From the NCBI GenBank assembly GCA_028020825.1, contig CM051622.1, forward strand, positions 17,888,261 through 17,952,260: 64,000 nt of DNA, in the 5' to 3' direction. The translations under genes and the position numbers were made by a program. The DNA comes from Podargus strigoides (Eukaryota). The notes under the pieces were generated by a model. That model saw nothing but the letters and a program-made list of their open reading frames with translations. It made no database searches and had not been told where the DNA came from. This document shows positions 49,289 through 60,874 of this stretch, one piece after another; the stretch's first letter is position 1, and each line of letters opens with the position of its first letter.

Positions 49289-51104
49289 GTGAGTTAGGCC
49301 AACATTATTTGTACATGCCACAGTGAGACAAGCTGCTTTAAACAACTACGTGCTGCTTCATGCTCTTTTGAAGGAATTGCACTTTTATTTTTGGTTCTGA
49401 TGTTTTAACACAGACTTTCAGTTTTCAGACTTCTGAAGGAAAACTGTTTTACATAGAAGTGTCACCTTTCCTAGTGCTTTCTAACACAAAACTTAAGCTT
49501 CTCAGAATAGGAAGTGCTGCTGCTTATTTTGGCAGCCTGTTTGGTCTCTAGCTTTGTCCTTGGTTGGCTGTTCTTCAGGTGAGCTTGGTGAAGAAGTGGC
49601 TGCAGCATTCTGTTTCATGTTGTAAATTGTCCCAATGTGGAACATCTCAGCACTAGTCTGTCATCTCTAGAAATGTATGGAAAAAGAGACAGTATAAGTG
49701 TTATTGGCCTTTTCTCTGCTTCAGTAACAATGAAGTCAGGAGTCTTTATGCAGAGGAAAACACAGCACTCATCTTGAAAAGGAAAACAAGCTAAGAACCA
49801 CTTGTTAAATCTAACAGATGCCTACACTTGAAAAATCAAAAGAATAGTCAACATTCAGAAATAATTCTGATATGACTGTCACCCCTTCCCCACTAAGGGA
49901 ACCTGATTTGTTTTCAAATAGAAATTATTTTGTTCCCTATTTAATGTAATCTACTTTGAAAGCTACTATTGTGGGTTGGTTTCCATAAGGACAGTTGGGT
50001 TCTAGGGATGTGCCCTTCTACAGGCAAATAAAATTGGCAAGCAGAACCAATGTATTTGCTTGCAATAATGAATTTTTGCTTTTATAAAAATACCCGTACT
50101 ACAAATTCTAGGTGCAGTTAAAAAAGTTTAAAAGATGTAAATTGAAATGGCAAAATACTTAAATACAGGGTCAAAATTAGAAGCAAATTACTAATTCTTG
50201 ATGCTTTAGATGAACTCTGAGAATTGGTACCTGTTTCTTTTGCCAGTTTACCTTAGCTCAAAGAGTAACTATTTGCTTAAGAGGTTTTCTTCAGAAGTGG
50301 CCCTCTTCTGCATCTATCCATTTTCTTCCAAAAATGAGCCAGTGGGAATGTCTGGGCAATTGAAACTGGAATACAGCTCGATTTCACCACATTGCCCCCA
50401 CAAAGCTCCCTCTCTTTGTTAGCTTTAACATATCAAAGAAACCAAAATTGCTTTTCTTTTCTGTGAAACACTGGTTTATTTCAAAAAAAGTAATTTCTGT
50501 TTAGTATAGTTCAGTATTTCCCTTTTCTGTGTACAACCCCTCAAGTCAAAAATTACTCGATTATGGCAGACAATGATTTTTTAAAAGTTGAACACTCTAG
50601 ACTCACTTTACTATTCCCCTAAATTGTATTTTTATGGACAGGATTAATTTACCTTACTTCATGTATATAGATATTGCTGTTTAAATCTGATATAGTTGTC
50701 CAGACTGTTTACAGTCACTGGAGAAAAATATGTACGTCCAGAAGGGGCATTTTTCCTGCCTTTTTAGTTAGCTGTTTCAAGTTGGGAGTAATTGCCTGGT
50801 GGAGTTTTCTTGTTTGTTTGCATGCTTGCTATTTTCCTAACCCTTGACTCTAGAGAGAATAAGTGCAAGAAGTAGAGCTGGGTATTTTTTAGTTTGCTGA
50901 CATTAAGTGAAATAAAAATACACCTTCGGTGCAGGTTGTGATTGCTTTTCAAATGGAAAATTAGCTTGACCCTTCTGTAAAGAATCGGATTCTGTGTAAA
51001 TATGGAATCTAATTGCCTGAAGCTGGACCTCATAAATGAAGGGAAGAATTTATTTTTTTTTAAAAGTTACTACCCTTTTATCATCAGTTTTGTTTACTTT
51101 CTAG

Positions 51105-51185
51105 GTGCTGCACAAACTCGCAGCAAGAGCTTTCATTAATGACTATGAAGATGGAATTCTTCATGAGAATGAAACAGAACATGAG
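51105..51185 (+). CDS. PARP4: PARP4 exon 28. Product VLHKLAARAFINDYEDGILHENETEHE
   Basis: Acceptor tttactttctag| and donor GAG|gtttga. Human has MIHKLAARALIRDYEDGILHENETSHE. Confidence 0.85.
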
Positions 51186-51933
51186 GTTTGATAATCTGAA
51201 ATAAAAGTTATATATTTAAAATGCTAAATAGAAAACATTTCAGTGGAATAGAGAAGATTTTCTTGTTTTGTTAAACATAACTAGAAGGTTGAAATCCAAA
51301 TATTTTAAGGTTGAAGTCACTAATATCCTCCCAGATAAGATTTTGAAAAATTTTGGGACAGTCTTTTCTTGATCCCCACTATAAGAATGTCCTCTGTTGC
51401 CATAATGTGTGCATATTTTTCCTAATCTATACCCTGTCATTGTAGGCCATTGGTGATTCTTCTTTTCCTATGACATGTAACATTTTACATTCATGAGGAT
51501 TAATACATATTAGTCCAGCAAAATTCCATAGCTTTTGTATAGGATATGACAGAAAGTAATGACCTGTGTTTTGCAGATAGACAGACCTAATGATCTGATG
51601 ATCTGTTAAAAAAAATGGCTTTTAGCTAGTTAAAAACTTACAATATTACCATCTTGACTTTAGAATAATTCTTATAAAATACAGCTTCTTACACTAGAAG
51701 AAGGATAGAAACAAGAGAAGTCTAACGAGAGGAAATGCATATCCCTGCCCAAAGCTGAGTGGGAGTAGGCAGTTAGGTAGGCCAGTATATTCACTCGAGC
51801 TCTTTCTTTCACATGTCCCTATTTAGAGTGCGTAAGTGTCTTTAGGGGTACGTGTTCAATTTTGACATCAATGTTTCTTTTAACTGATCGCATTTTTTCT
51901 GCCTGATCTATTTGTTAATACTTAACAATCTAG

Positions 51934-52029
51934 ATGAAGAAACAAATCTTGAAAAACATGATCGTTCACCTCAGCTTGGAGAACTCAATTATAAGCCAGT
52001 TTACAAGCTTCGTTGCAGTTGAGAAAAGG
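51934..52029 (+). CDS. PARP4: PARP4 exon 29. Product MKKQILKNMIVHLSLENSIISQFTSFVAVEKR
   Basis: Acceptor aacaatctag| and donor AGG|gtatgt. Human has MKKQTLKSLIIKLSKENSLITQFTSFVAVEKR. Confidence 0.85.
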
Positions 52030-52431
52030 GTATGTTTTCTATATATCTTGTTCCCACTAGCTTCTCTGTCAAAAGACTCTGAATTCTGTAACCTTATATC
52101 AAAACCAGTCTTCCTTTTGCTGAACAATGATTATTCTTTTGCAATAGAGCTAAAACTATGATTTTTGACATTATTTTGGTTTCTTTTGCAATATATGCAA
52201 ATATATACTGTCCACCTTTATATTTCATGTGAATCTAATTACTGACAATACATTATTCCTCAATGTAGTAAAAAATGTGAAGTTACATTTACTGATCTTT
52301 TGTATATACTGAGTATTTTTAATGTGTTTATTCCCTGTTTTCAACACATTTCAAACTCACAAATTAAAAAGCACTGTCTCTATAATGCCAGAGAATTTCC
52401 AGGTGCTTAATTGTGATGCATTTTAATTTAG

Positions 52432-52578
52432 GATGCTAATGAAACCTCTTTTGCTGATGCTCCAAATATCCTGGAAATTATAGCTCAAGAAGATGTAGAT
52501 TTTTTACCTTACATGGATTGGAACCAAGAGTCAATAGAATCTGGCTCACTTCCAGAGAACTTTGCCTTTGGTGCTGCG
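52432..52578 (+). CDS. PARP4: PARP4 exon 30. Product DANETSFADAPNILEIIAQEDVDFLPYMDWNQESIESGSLPENFAFGAA
   Basis: Acceptor ttttaatttag| and donor GCG|gtaact. Human has DENESPFPDIPKVSELIAKEDVDFLPYMSW. Confidence 0.8.
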
Positions 52579-54597
52579 GTAACTACATTTAATATACATT
52601 ATTATTGCTAAAGTTTTTGGTATATTATCCAGTTGTGGTGCTGTATTGTATATGTAACTATATAGTAATTATTCATGAAATCTGTTCAATTTTTAATTAT
52701 TTTGAATATAATTAATGCCACACAAGTACTGTGTGGAATTTTACTATAAACACAAAAATCTGGAGGAACCTGTCCCAAAAATAAAGTACACTTAAAAATA
52801 TGAGTGCAGCAGAAGTTTTAAGAGACAATGTGATAATACAGACTTCTCCTTTCCAGAAGAAACTAACACACCTCTTATAGGAATATGCTAGTGTAGATGA
52901 AGCCTTCAATTCAACTCTAAGAAACTGGGTGGGAGAAGGGGAAGTTTCAAGGAAAATCAAGGTATTTATCCATAACTAAGTCTCCACTTAGCAGAGAAGA
53001 ACTGCCAAAGCAGAGAAACTAATGAGAATGGGGATAAGCATGACTGGAAGAAGAGGACATACTGCTAGCATGCAATGGGACAGTCTTTGGGATGAGGAAG
53101 GAGCAATAAGAGAAACTTGAACTAGTGAAATTAGATGTTTGCTAGTTATGGTAGTGCTCTCTTAACTTTGGAAACTACAAGAGATGCCTGCATCAGTGTG
53201 AGAAACGAAGTTTTAGGCCGAAAAAGTTTGCTCAGGCAAGGATCACGGTGAAGCAGCTCCGTTTATTCGCGAGTGCAATCGCGGGCGCGCCACCCCATGG
53301 CCGAAGTAGAAACGCGCCCCGTTACAAAGAAAAGGAAGCATTTTTATAGTATTTTCTCCCGACGCGGGTTATCCTCTCCTGTTTCTCCACTGGTTGGATA
53401 CTCCAGGCTCACAGCCTATCCGACGCATTCTATTACAATAAGTTTCCGTAAGAGGTTTTTCCGGTTTCCATAATAGGTTTTTCTTTTACCAGCCGGCTGT
53501 TTATGCATAGTTGTGGAATGATGGAAGTATTTTCTCAGGTGCACCCTATCTCCTGATCCCTGTAAGACACAACATTCTAAGAAAAAGTTGTTATGCGTAG
53601 CTCTTGTCCTTCTACATTATCTGGTACCAGGATGTACTGAATAAGACAGTCTTTATCCTGGGCTCCTTTCTAGTTTGGTATTTTTGTACAAGGCCTTGGT
53701 GTTTTTCTTTCCGTAGTGCTGCACAAAAAAACATCAGTCAGTTCTTACATCCTTCCATGCTATCGAGCACTTCGATGTACAAGGCAGTGGTGTTTTTCTT
53801 GGTTCTACAAAAATATGATTCTCACAACACTGCAAAAACACAAGCTGTTTCTCACATCAGTTAGCCAGCAGGTATAATTCTGTCAGTTTGTGAAGTCTTA
53901 ACAGATTAAAGCTTTAGATCTCCAAATTGTGTAGGGGACTCAAGAAAGTCATTATTTGTCTATTAAATTATGTTGTGCGTAACCATGATGTGCATTTAAT
54001 ACAACTCAAGAGCATCATCTTGGCCTGTAGTCTGCAATGTATTACGGTGGTGAGCTATTTAGAACAATATCTGGATGTGTGTACTGTAAGTGGGTGAACT
54101 CGTATAAAGCCATTTTCCTGATCCAGGAAGAGTACCAAACGTATATGTTGGTGTATGGTAGCAGCATAGCTCAGGCTCACTAGCTTGTATGCAGCAGCCA
54201 CTGGACCTCAGCTGGTACGTGTGCCAGAATTGCAGAACAAGCAGGATCCATCCTTCACTTTGTGTAGATCTGTCTTCTGTGTATGTACAACAGGATTGTA
54301 CAGTGGAAATTCCTTGGCTCATAATCATCATTATATTAATAATTTTTGTCTTAATAATGTAAAATACCTCTCTGCTCATATTTTGTCACTGTCAAATTTT
54401 CCTCTGAATTTGCCCAGCATAAGGTAAACGAAGAATTTCTTACCTTATTCTAACTGATACATTACTTTCATTTTGAGCATATGAATGATAGTATAATGAT
54501 ACTGGAAACAATATAAGAAATACTATTTTGATTAAAAAGAGAAAAGTATTTTACTAATTCTGGAATTGTTTTGTTTCCTTGTACTTTTACTAAACAG

Positions 54598-55197
54598 GCG
54601 TGTTTCACACAACTAAACGCTTTCATAAGCAAGAAGGGTGAACCTGAAAGCTTCCATTTTCACCCTGAAGAAGTTCCTGTTGGTCAAAAGAGTGTCTCAC
54701 CAAAAATCATGGCGCAGGGCTTTGTAAATGTTTCTGAACCTGAAAGTAGTATTTGCGGTCTCCAATCAAATGTCAGTTTTGATAGAGACATCACAGAGGA
54801 GAGATCACCTGGATCAAGGTCACCTTTATCATATGACCTTCATCTGCTGGAAGCTGCTGAACCTTCCTTGTCATTTGGTTTTAAACCTGAGCCAGGAATT
54901 GATCTGACTCAACAAAAATTACTTCAGTCACCTGCACTTACAAAATCACATGCGAATGTTCCTGAACCTGCTCCTTCTCCTACCCTTCCCTATTCTTGTT
55001 CAGGATTGTTTGGTTCATCTACCCCTACAAGCAGAAATTCTGAAAAGACTAATGTTGAAAAACAAATTATTCCCCAAATTGGTTCGCGAGCTGGTACAAA
55101 AAAAGCATCGTTACGGTTCAAGTGTAAGAAAAAGATAGTACATACGCATGATGATACGGCTCCTGAAGAAGGATTTACTGAGGAGTTTAAGGTTGTG
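54598..55197 (+). CDS. PARP4: PARP4 exon 31. A 600-nt exon of 200 codons encoding the S/P/E-rich disordered region (ACFTQLNAFISKKGEPESFHF...RFKCKKKIVHTHDDTAPEEGFTEEFKVV)
   Basis: Acceptor ttttactaaacag| and donor GTG|gtaagt. It is an uninterrupted ORF (track 54571..55230) in phase 0 at both ends. The C-terminal end resembles human ...KCDTKDDSIPCFLELKEEDEIV. Confidence 0.75.
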
Positions 55198-55299
55198 GTA
55201 AGTCTTCCATCAGTAATCTGTTATATATAGGATGCTATGCGTGTCATGTTGAAATCCAGGCTGCATTCAGCCAATGAGAGCTGCCTTAAACATTTGCAT

Positions 55300-55396
55300 T
55301 TAAACACCTGCTCCAGGTGAACCTGCTTTGGCAAGGGGGTTGGACTAGAGGATCTCCAGTGGTCCCTTCCAACCCCCACCATTCTGTGACTCTGTT
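55300..55396 (+). mobile_element. Short CR1 3'-terminal fragment (plus)
   Basis: ggcaagggggttggactagaggatctccagtggtcccttccaacccccaccattctgtgactctg. Confidence 0.6.
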
Positions 55397-56784
55397 TCAA
55401 GGGTCAGGGATGTACAGCCAAAAAAGAACACGGTAAGGCTGGTAAGGGGTCTGCTTTCCAGTTCAAAAAATCTAAACCTGAAATGCAGAAAGCATTGTTT
55501 TTGTTTGGTTGTTTTTTAGTTAGTCTTTTTCAAAGTGGTAAGTCTTATACTCTGAGTTCTGCCACTTGTTCCGTACTACTCTAATAGGAGACTTTTAAAT
55601 GGAATTACTTTCTATTATAAAGTAGTAGCTATTTGGGTAATGGTGGTAGAATAAGATTTCTAATGGGTATTACTCTGCTTGTTCTGGATCAGCCTTGTTT
55701 TATGCAAACACAGAGGATTCAGCAAAGTCGTCTGCTCAGTTCAGTAAATAGAAATGAAATTCCTGAGCTCCAAAATAAGGGGCAGTACCCATTCATGCAT
55801 TACCTAAAAATAAGATAGGAGTATAAGGAAAAATTATCTTTGGCCCTGCCCTGAGATAAATATTTTGTAAATGATTTTGGTTTATTTGTTTTACAAAATG
55901 TTTTTATAAAGAGCATGTTGACATCAAAGTCATGCTATTTTTGGTTCGTTTTATGGGCAATCCATCGTGCTTAGGAAGCAGTATAAAATCACAGCCAACA
56001 AGTGGTGATCACATCTCCAGAGTCAAATTTTACTCTGGATTTGCCCAATGTAAGGTACGAGAGGGTAAGAAGTTTTTATTTTAAACAATTTTTTTTTTTC
56101 ATTTTGAACATACAAATGACAGTATAATGATAATGTGCAGAATACAAGAAGACATACAGTTTTGATTAAAAAGGGAAAAAATGTCTCACTAACTCTGGAT
56201 TTTTTAATTTTTTTTTTAATAAAAAGGAGTGTTTTTTAAACTTCTAAATGCAATTACTTTGTATCATGATGTAGTAGCTGCATGGGTAATGATGGTAAGA
56301 TTCTTAGTTAACATTATCCTCTCCAGCAACAACCAGGGTGCTTTAAAAGAACAGAAAAAGAAAGGATTCAACAGAGAATTGAGTTGACTCCTGTAAACTG
56401 GAAAGAAATTTTTGCACTCCAAAATCAGGTACAGTACCCATAGTCCATTTGTGCATTACTTAAAATATTTTTACTTTAATCCTGTCCGGAGATAAAGTAA
56501 AACACATTTATAACATGTTTATAAACAGATCTTATAAGTGTGTGATGATATCAGACATGCTATGTTTTATTTCACGGGCAACTTGGCAATGGATATTTAA
56601 GGAACAGTATAAAATCAGGGCCAACAGGTACTAATACATCTCGAGAGCCTTTTTACAGCCTCCATCACTTTGCAGCTTGGGGACGTCATGGGACAAGTAT
56701 AAAAACATATAGGGGAAGCTAAGTGGAAGAGGTGGATACACATAATGTACATTATGCAAGAAAATTAATAGTAGTTGGTTTTTA

Positions 56785-56883
56785 GAGGATTGGACTGAGA
56801 GATGTTGCAGCAGGAACTTCCCCTGGACGATCAGACCAATTGCTGGGGAAACTGAATGAAACGTACTGTCCAAGAATCCTGCA
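56785..56883 (+). CDS. PARP4: Tentative PARP4 exon 32 of 33 codons (RIGLRDVAAGTSPGRSDQLLGKLNETYCPRILQ). A small exon equivalent to human ...QDAVPWTELLSLQTE is expected between exons 31 and 33
   Basis: Acceptor ggtttttag| and a weak donor CAG|gtagca. Entry and exit are phase 0 as required. The similarity is weak (DVAAG...QLLGKLNE against DAVPWTELLSLQTE). An alternative frame contains PWT but ends in a stop codon. Confidence 0.25.
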
Positions 56884-57366
56884 GGTAGCAATCAGAGCAG
56901 GAAATGTTCAGCTTTGTTGCTTTTGGTATGTCCTTTGTGGTGGGAGAAGTCCCTGTTCTGTACACTAGATTCAGTAAGTCTTTCAGGTGCCCCAGCTTCA
57001 TGTTCCGTTGTGCACATAGTACTTGCATTCTCATGACTCTTTCTTGTTATTTTTTTTAAAGCATTGCTTCGTTCAGTGTGGAATTAACTTTTATTTTATG
57101 TATTAAGTTTGTATGTGAAAGTAGTAAACTACAGCCAACCTCAGCATTAAGAGATATATATTTTTCCTATATTTTTGACAGGACATTTTTATCAAATTAT
57201 TTCTAAACATTGAACCATTACTATATGCCACATGGATACAATGGGGATTAGAATAGTAGACTTGTGATTGACTCCTGTGGGAATGAACTCCTGAAGTGCA
57301 GTTCAAGATTTCTTTCTTTTTTCAGCAGAATTGCCAATGATTGAATTTTAAAAACAAAAGTTTCTC

Positions 57367-57388
57367 TTTTTTTTTTTTTTTTTTTTTT
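57367..57388. repeat. poly(T) tract
   Basis: Homopolymer run. Confidence 0.95.
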
Positions 57389-58215
57389 CACTAATTAAAC
57401 TTAACATTCTACAGATTTTCACTTTTTACATAATTTGGATAATTAGTATCTAAACATCCATTTAAAATCATATATTGTCTTCTACATTACCCTAAACGAA
57501 TGGTTATAAATCTGTGTCTACAGTTACAGTTTTCTAAGACATAAAGCTGCAAGGACAGGTAGAGTTTCAAAAGTATTTAATATTGAAGAATAAGTACTTC
57601 ACCATCCTGTTGAAAGCCTGTTTTCCATCTAACCTGAGGGTAGCAAACCATTTGGCAGATAATTTTAATCACGAGAATTGTCTAATTTTTGGCAGTGAAA
57701 GTCAGATAGAATAGGATTGGTTTTGTTACTACTACGTTTACCAACATATATAGTGAATGTAATAACTGTACAGAGACTTTGTATTCTCAGCAAAGGAGAG
57801 GGATCCTTTATTGTTTCTTTTGAGTAAGAAGAATGCTTATTTTTTAGCACACTTAAAAATAATTTTAGGAAAGAATTCATTTGAAATAAAGTTGGAAAGG
57901 TTACTGTTGTCATTGTGCATATTTTATATAGGAGTGATTTCCAAATGACTTTATTCTTACTGTTCAAGTGTTTTTTACAAGGTAGGCTAACTACAACATT
58001 CCAGGTCAATAACAGATGTTTGATGGTATATCAAAGGCTTTCGAAGTTTAATATTTGAACCTCCTATATTGATTATGTGGATTTCAGTTTTTGTGTTTGT
58101 GCAAGCTTTTTAAAAAATATTTATAGTAATGCTCCTGTGTCCATTTTGTTCTTGCCAAATACATTTTCAGTGTCCTGAATCTTTGGCTTTATCCATATCT
58201 TTGTTTGTTCCATAG

Positions 58216-58318
58216 GATGGCTCTTGGAATCTCAGTCCACAGTTGGGAAAAATCTTGAAATTTGATGTTGATCATTTAATTAACAATTTCCTTATTAGAA
58301 AAGGCATTCAGTCACTTG
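58216..58318 (+). CDS. PARP4: PARP4 exon 33. Product DGSWNLSPQLGKILKFDVDHLINNFLIRKGIQSL(G)
   Basis: Acceptor tttgttccatag| and donor g|gtaaat. Human has DGFWKLTPELGLILNLNTNGLHSFLKQKGIQSLG. Confidence 0.8.
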
Positions 58319-59193
58319 GTAAATACTTTTTTTGGTCATTAAAAAGCAGTACATTGTGTTATATTTCCCATCTGTATGTGTTATTACTGTGTATGTGTAG
58401 TGGAACTCTCAACAAGATATGCTCAGAATTTAAATGGATCTCTTAAATGAGTTTTCAGAAGTGCCTGATTTTAATACACTGTCTTCTTAACTTCTCTCAC
58501 AATTTAGTGTCCTGACTGCTAAGCACATTTCCTGGAGAAATGTGTGGAGGATGTGAGATAGTTGGAATAGCAATAGAGGTGCTTCTATCTCAATTATTGT
58601 ATCTGCTATATTAATATCTACTAAAGAAAATAAGGGAAGAAATGTCTCTCCTAGGAGAGAGGCAGAGGTCACTTCTGCTTTTCACATTTCAGACCATATG
58701 ATTAATATTTATATAATTCTTCCCACACACACACTGTCTGCAGCATTCAATATGCACTCCACCTATAGACACTTCGCTCTTCAGTCCTGTCAGTGCTCTT
58801 TGCTAGCAGCAGGCCAGACAGCTTGTGGGGAAAAAAGGGCAATTCCTTCTTACTAAATTACTAGAGGGCACAACGCTTCATCAAAGGTCAAAAATCTTAC
58901 AAGTTTCCCATTATTGCATGTATTAAAATCAAAGTAGATTAGAACCCAAGCAAACACAAACTGCAAAAACCCCAACAAAGCACTACCAACTTAAAGTTTG
59001 AAAGCCAGGAGCATGTTTTTCAAATCACTAATGTGAATACTCTTGATGGTGGCGATTGTATGGTGAAACAATTAAAATAGCATTAGGACAACTGATGTTT
59101 CAAGGTGAAATGGAATACTTTACAGAAAGTACCTCTTCTGTTGTCAAGAAATCATTTAAATAGTAATACTGCTTCCCTTTTCTTCTTCCTTAG

Positions 59194-59326
59194 GCCCAAA
59201 TGGAAAAGAAAAGCTACTGCAGTTGATTGCTACTCTTCTTGTGCTACAGTTCATACGCTGCACAAAGGAATTGAAAGGGATAGTTTTCAAAACACTGATG
59301 AAACTGGATGATTCATCTAATTCAAG
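59194..59326 (+). CDS. PARP4: PARP4 exon 34. Product GPNGKEKLLQLIATLLVLQFIRCTKELKGIVFKTLMKLDDSSNS
   Basis: Acceptor tcttcttccttag| and donor ag|gtgtgc. Human has GVKGRECLLDLIATMLVLQFIRTRLEKEGIVFKSLMKMDDPSIS. Confidence 0.85.
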
Positions 59327-59519
59327 GTGTGCTTTTAAATAAAATAACTTAATGTAGTAATATAAACCTTCTCAACATACAAAAGATTAATTTCATTATG
59401 GAGAGTCAATGACTATACTACAGGATGGCTGTAGAAAAGGGAAAGGAAGGTATTAATTATATTGGTGGCATGTGGTTTCTTTTAAGAGGACAGATGGAGG
59501 AAAGAATACTTTGCAAAAT

Positions 59520-59790
59520 ATGACACAAAAATTGAGAAGGACTAGATGACCCTTGAAGGTCCCTTCCAACCCAATACATTCTGTGGTTCTATGATCATTG
59601 AATAGTCCAGGTTGGATATGACCTCTGGAGGTCATCTCTTCCTTAAAGCAGGGCCAACTCAGATGTTGAGTAAGTTGTTCAGGATCTTGCCCAGCTGAGT
59701 TTTAAATATTTTTAAGAATGGAGATTCGTCAACCTCAACTTTAAGGGCAACCTTTTCCAGTGTTTAGTATCACTTACTTTAGAAATCAGG
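59520..59790. mobile_element. Two abutting CR1 3'-tail fragments in opposite orientations, plus at ~59520-59592 and minus at ~59593-59790
   Basis: ggactagatgacccttgaaggtcccttccaacccaatacattctgtggttctatga is followed by tcattgaatagtccaggttggatatgacctctggaggtcatc..., an inverted CR1 tail. Confidence 0.55.
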
Positions 59791-60723
59791 AAAAAAAATC
59801 AGTCAGACTTTTCCTTCATGTAACCTGTTGGCCTGCACCCTTTTTTAGGATTATACTTATGCCTTTGTTTTCTTCACAAGCATGCACCATGAAATATTCT
59901 GGACAAGACTTGTGAAATTATTAGAGCAGATGATTCTTTGCAGCACAGCTTCCACCCTTTCCTTTAGCTGTGCAGAATGCTGGTGCTGGCTCCTTCTGAA
60001 CCCTGCCCTCCTGACTTCTGTGTGCCCCAGTGCTCTATGAGCTTTGGAATACAGGGCCCCTGTATCTGGAAATTCCCTTTCTTTGGGGGTGAACAATTAC
60101 CAGCTGGCAAGTTTTTTTGATATAGAGGAAAGACAAAAGTCTTTTAAAAAGCATGAAGGAATATGCCTCCAGTTAATCTGAATTGCCCCAGTCACCAACA
60201 GATTCCTTGTGCCAAAATGGGAAGCTTTACACACTTCATAGCTTACAGGGCATGTAGGAACAGCGTAAAGAAAGAGTCAGGTGGGCCCTGGAAATCTTCC
60301 TCTTTTGAAATTCCTTGGTAGAGGGAAAAATTGGTTGTATAATTTTGGCTACTCTAGTCAGGAATACAAATAAAATTGCATTGACTGCTGGATGAAAGCA
60401 ATTCTAACATGTGAATGTACAAAGAAGAGTCACGTTTGATGTCATGAAACGCATAGTACTTCACTGCAGTAAGTGGAATAGTCCAAATATATGCAAGTAA
60501 CGGTTAGGAGTCTACGTACTTCCCATGTGGAAGACTCTAAAAACACAGAACAGCTCAGATGATGATGTTTTCTGCATCAAATGACATTTTATACAGGCTG
60601 GATCATCATACTATAGAAAATTTTCTCTTTCAAATAATTATCGGTAGAAGAAATTATTTTCTTCTTGCTCCTTTGGTGGATTTACAAGATTTTTTAATAA
60701 TAAAACTTCATTTCTACACACAG

Positions 60724-60874
60724 TGGTGTTCATTGGGCTTCTGAGTTGATCAAGAAAGCAGTAGAGTGGGTAAGAAGAGCTGAGAGGCGATTTCCATCTA
60801 TTTGCTATCGACTTGAACTTGGGAAAGACTGGGATTCAGCCACAAAGAAGATACTGGGTATCAAGTTTATCTAA
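60724..60874 (+). CDS. PARP4: PARP4 terminal coding exon. Product SGVHWASELIKKAVEWVRRAERRFPSICYRLELGKDWDSATKKILGIKFI* (stop TAA at 60872-60874)
   Basis: Acceptor catttctacacacag|. Human C-terminus has IPWAFEAIKQASEWVRRTEGQYPSICPRLELGNDWDSATKQLLGL. No canonical AATAAA was seen in the following ~500 nt. Confidence 0.85.

Larger units (their letters stand above)
54117..56650 (+). repeat. Tandem array of about 4 diverged copies of a ~650-bp unit within PARP4 introns 30/31. One copy is interrupted by exon 31
   Basis: Unit starts are aligned by eye at ~54117, ~54620, 55602 and 56250 (aatggaattactttctattataaagtagtagctatttgggtaatggtgg vs aatgcaattactttgtatcatgatgtagtagctgcatgggtaatgatgg). The ~220 bp upstream of the exon-31 acceptor (54385-54597) recurs at 56012-56227. 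Confidence 0.65.
8162..60874 (+). other. PARP4: PARP4 (vault poly(ADP-ribose) polymerase) gene body. All coding exons are present; the 5'UTR exon 1 was not located
   Basis: Ordered exons translate to the BRCT, PARP catalytic, VIT, vWA, long low-complexity and conserved C-terminal domains. This is co-linear with human PARP4 as remembered. Confidence 0.85.
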
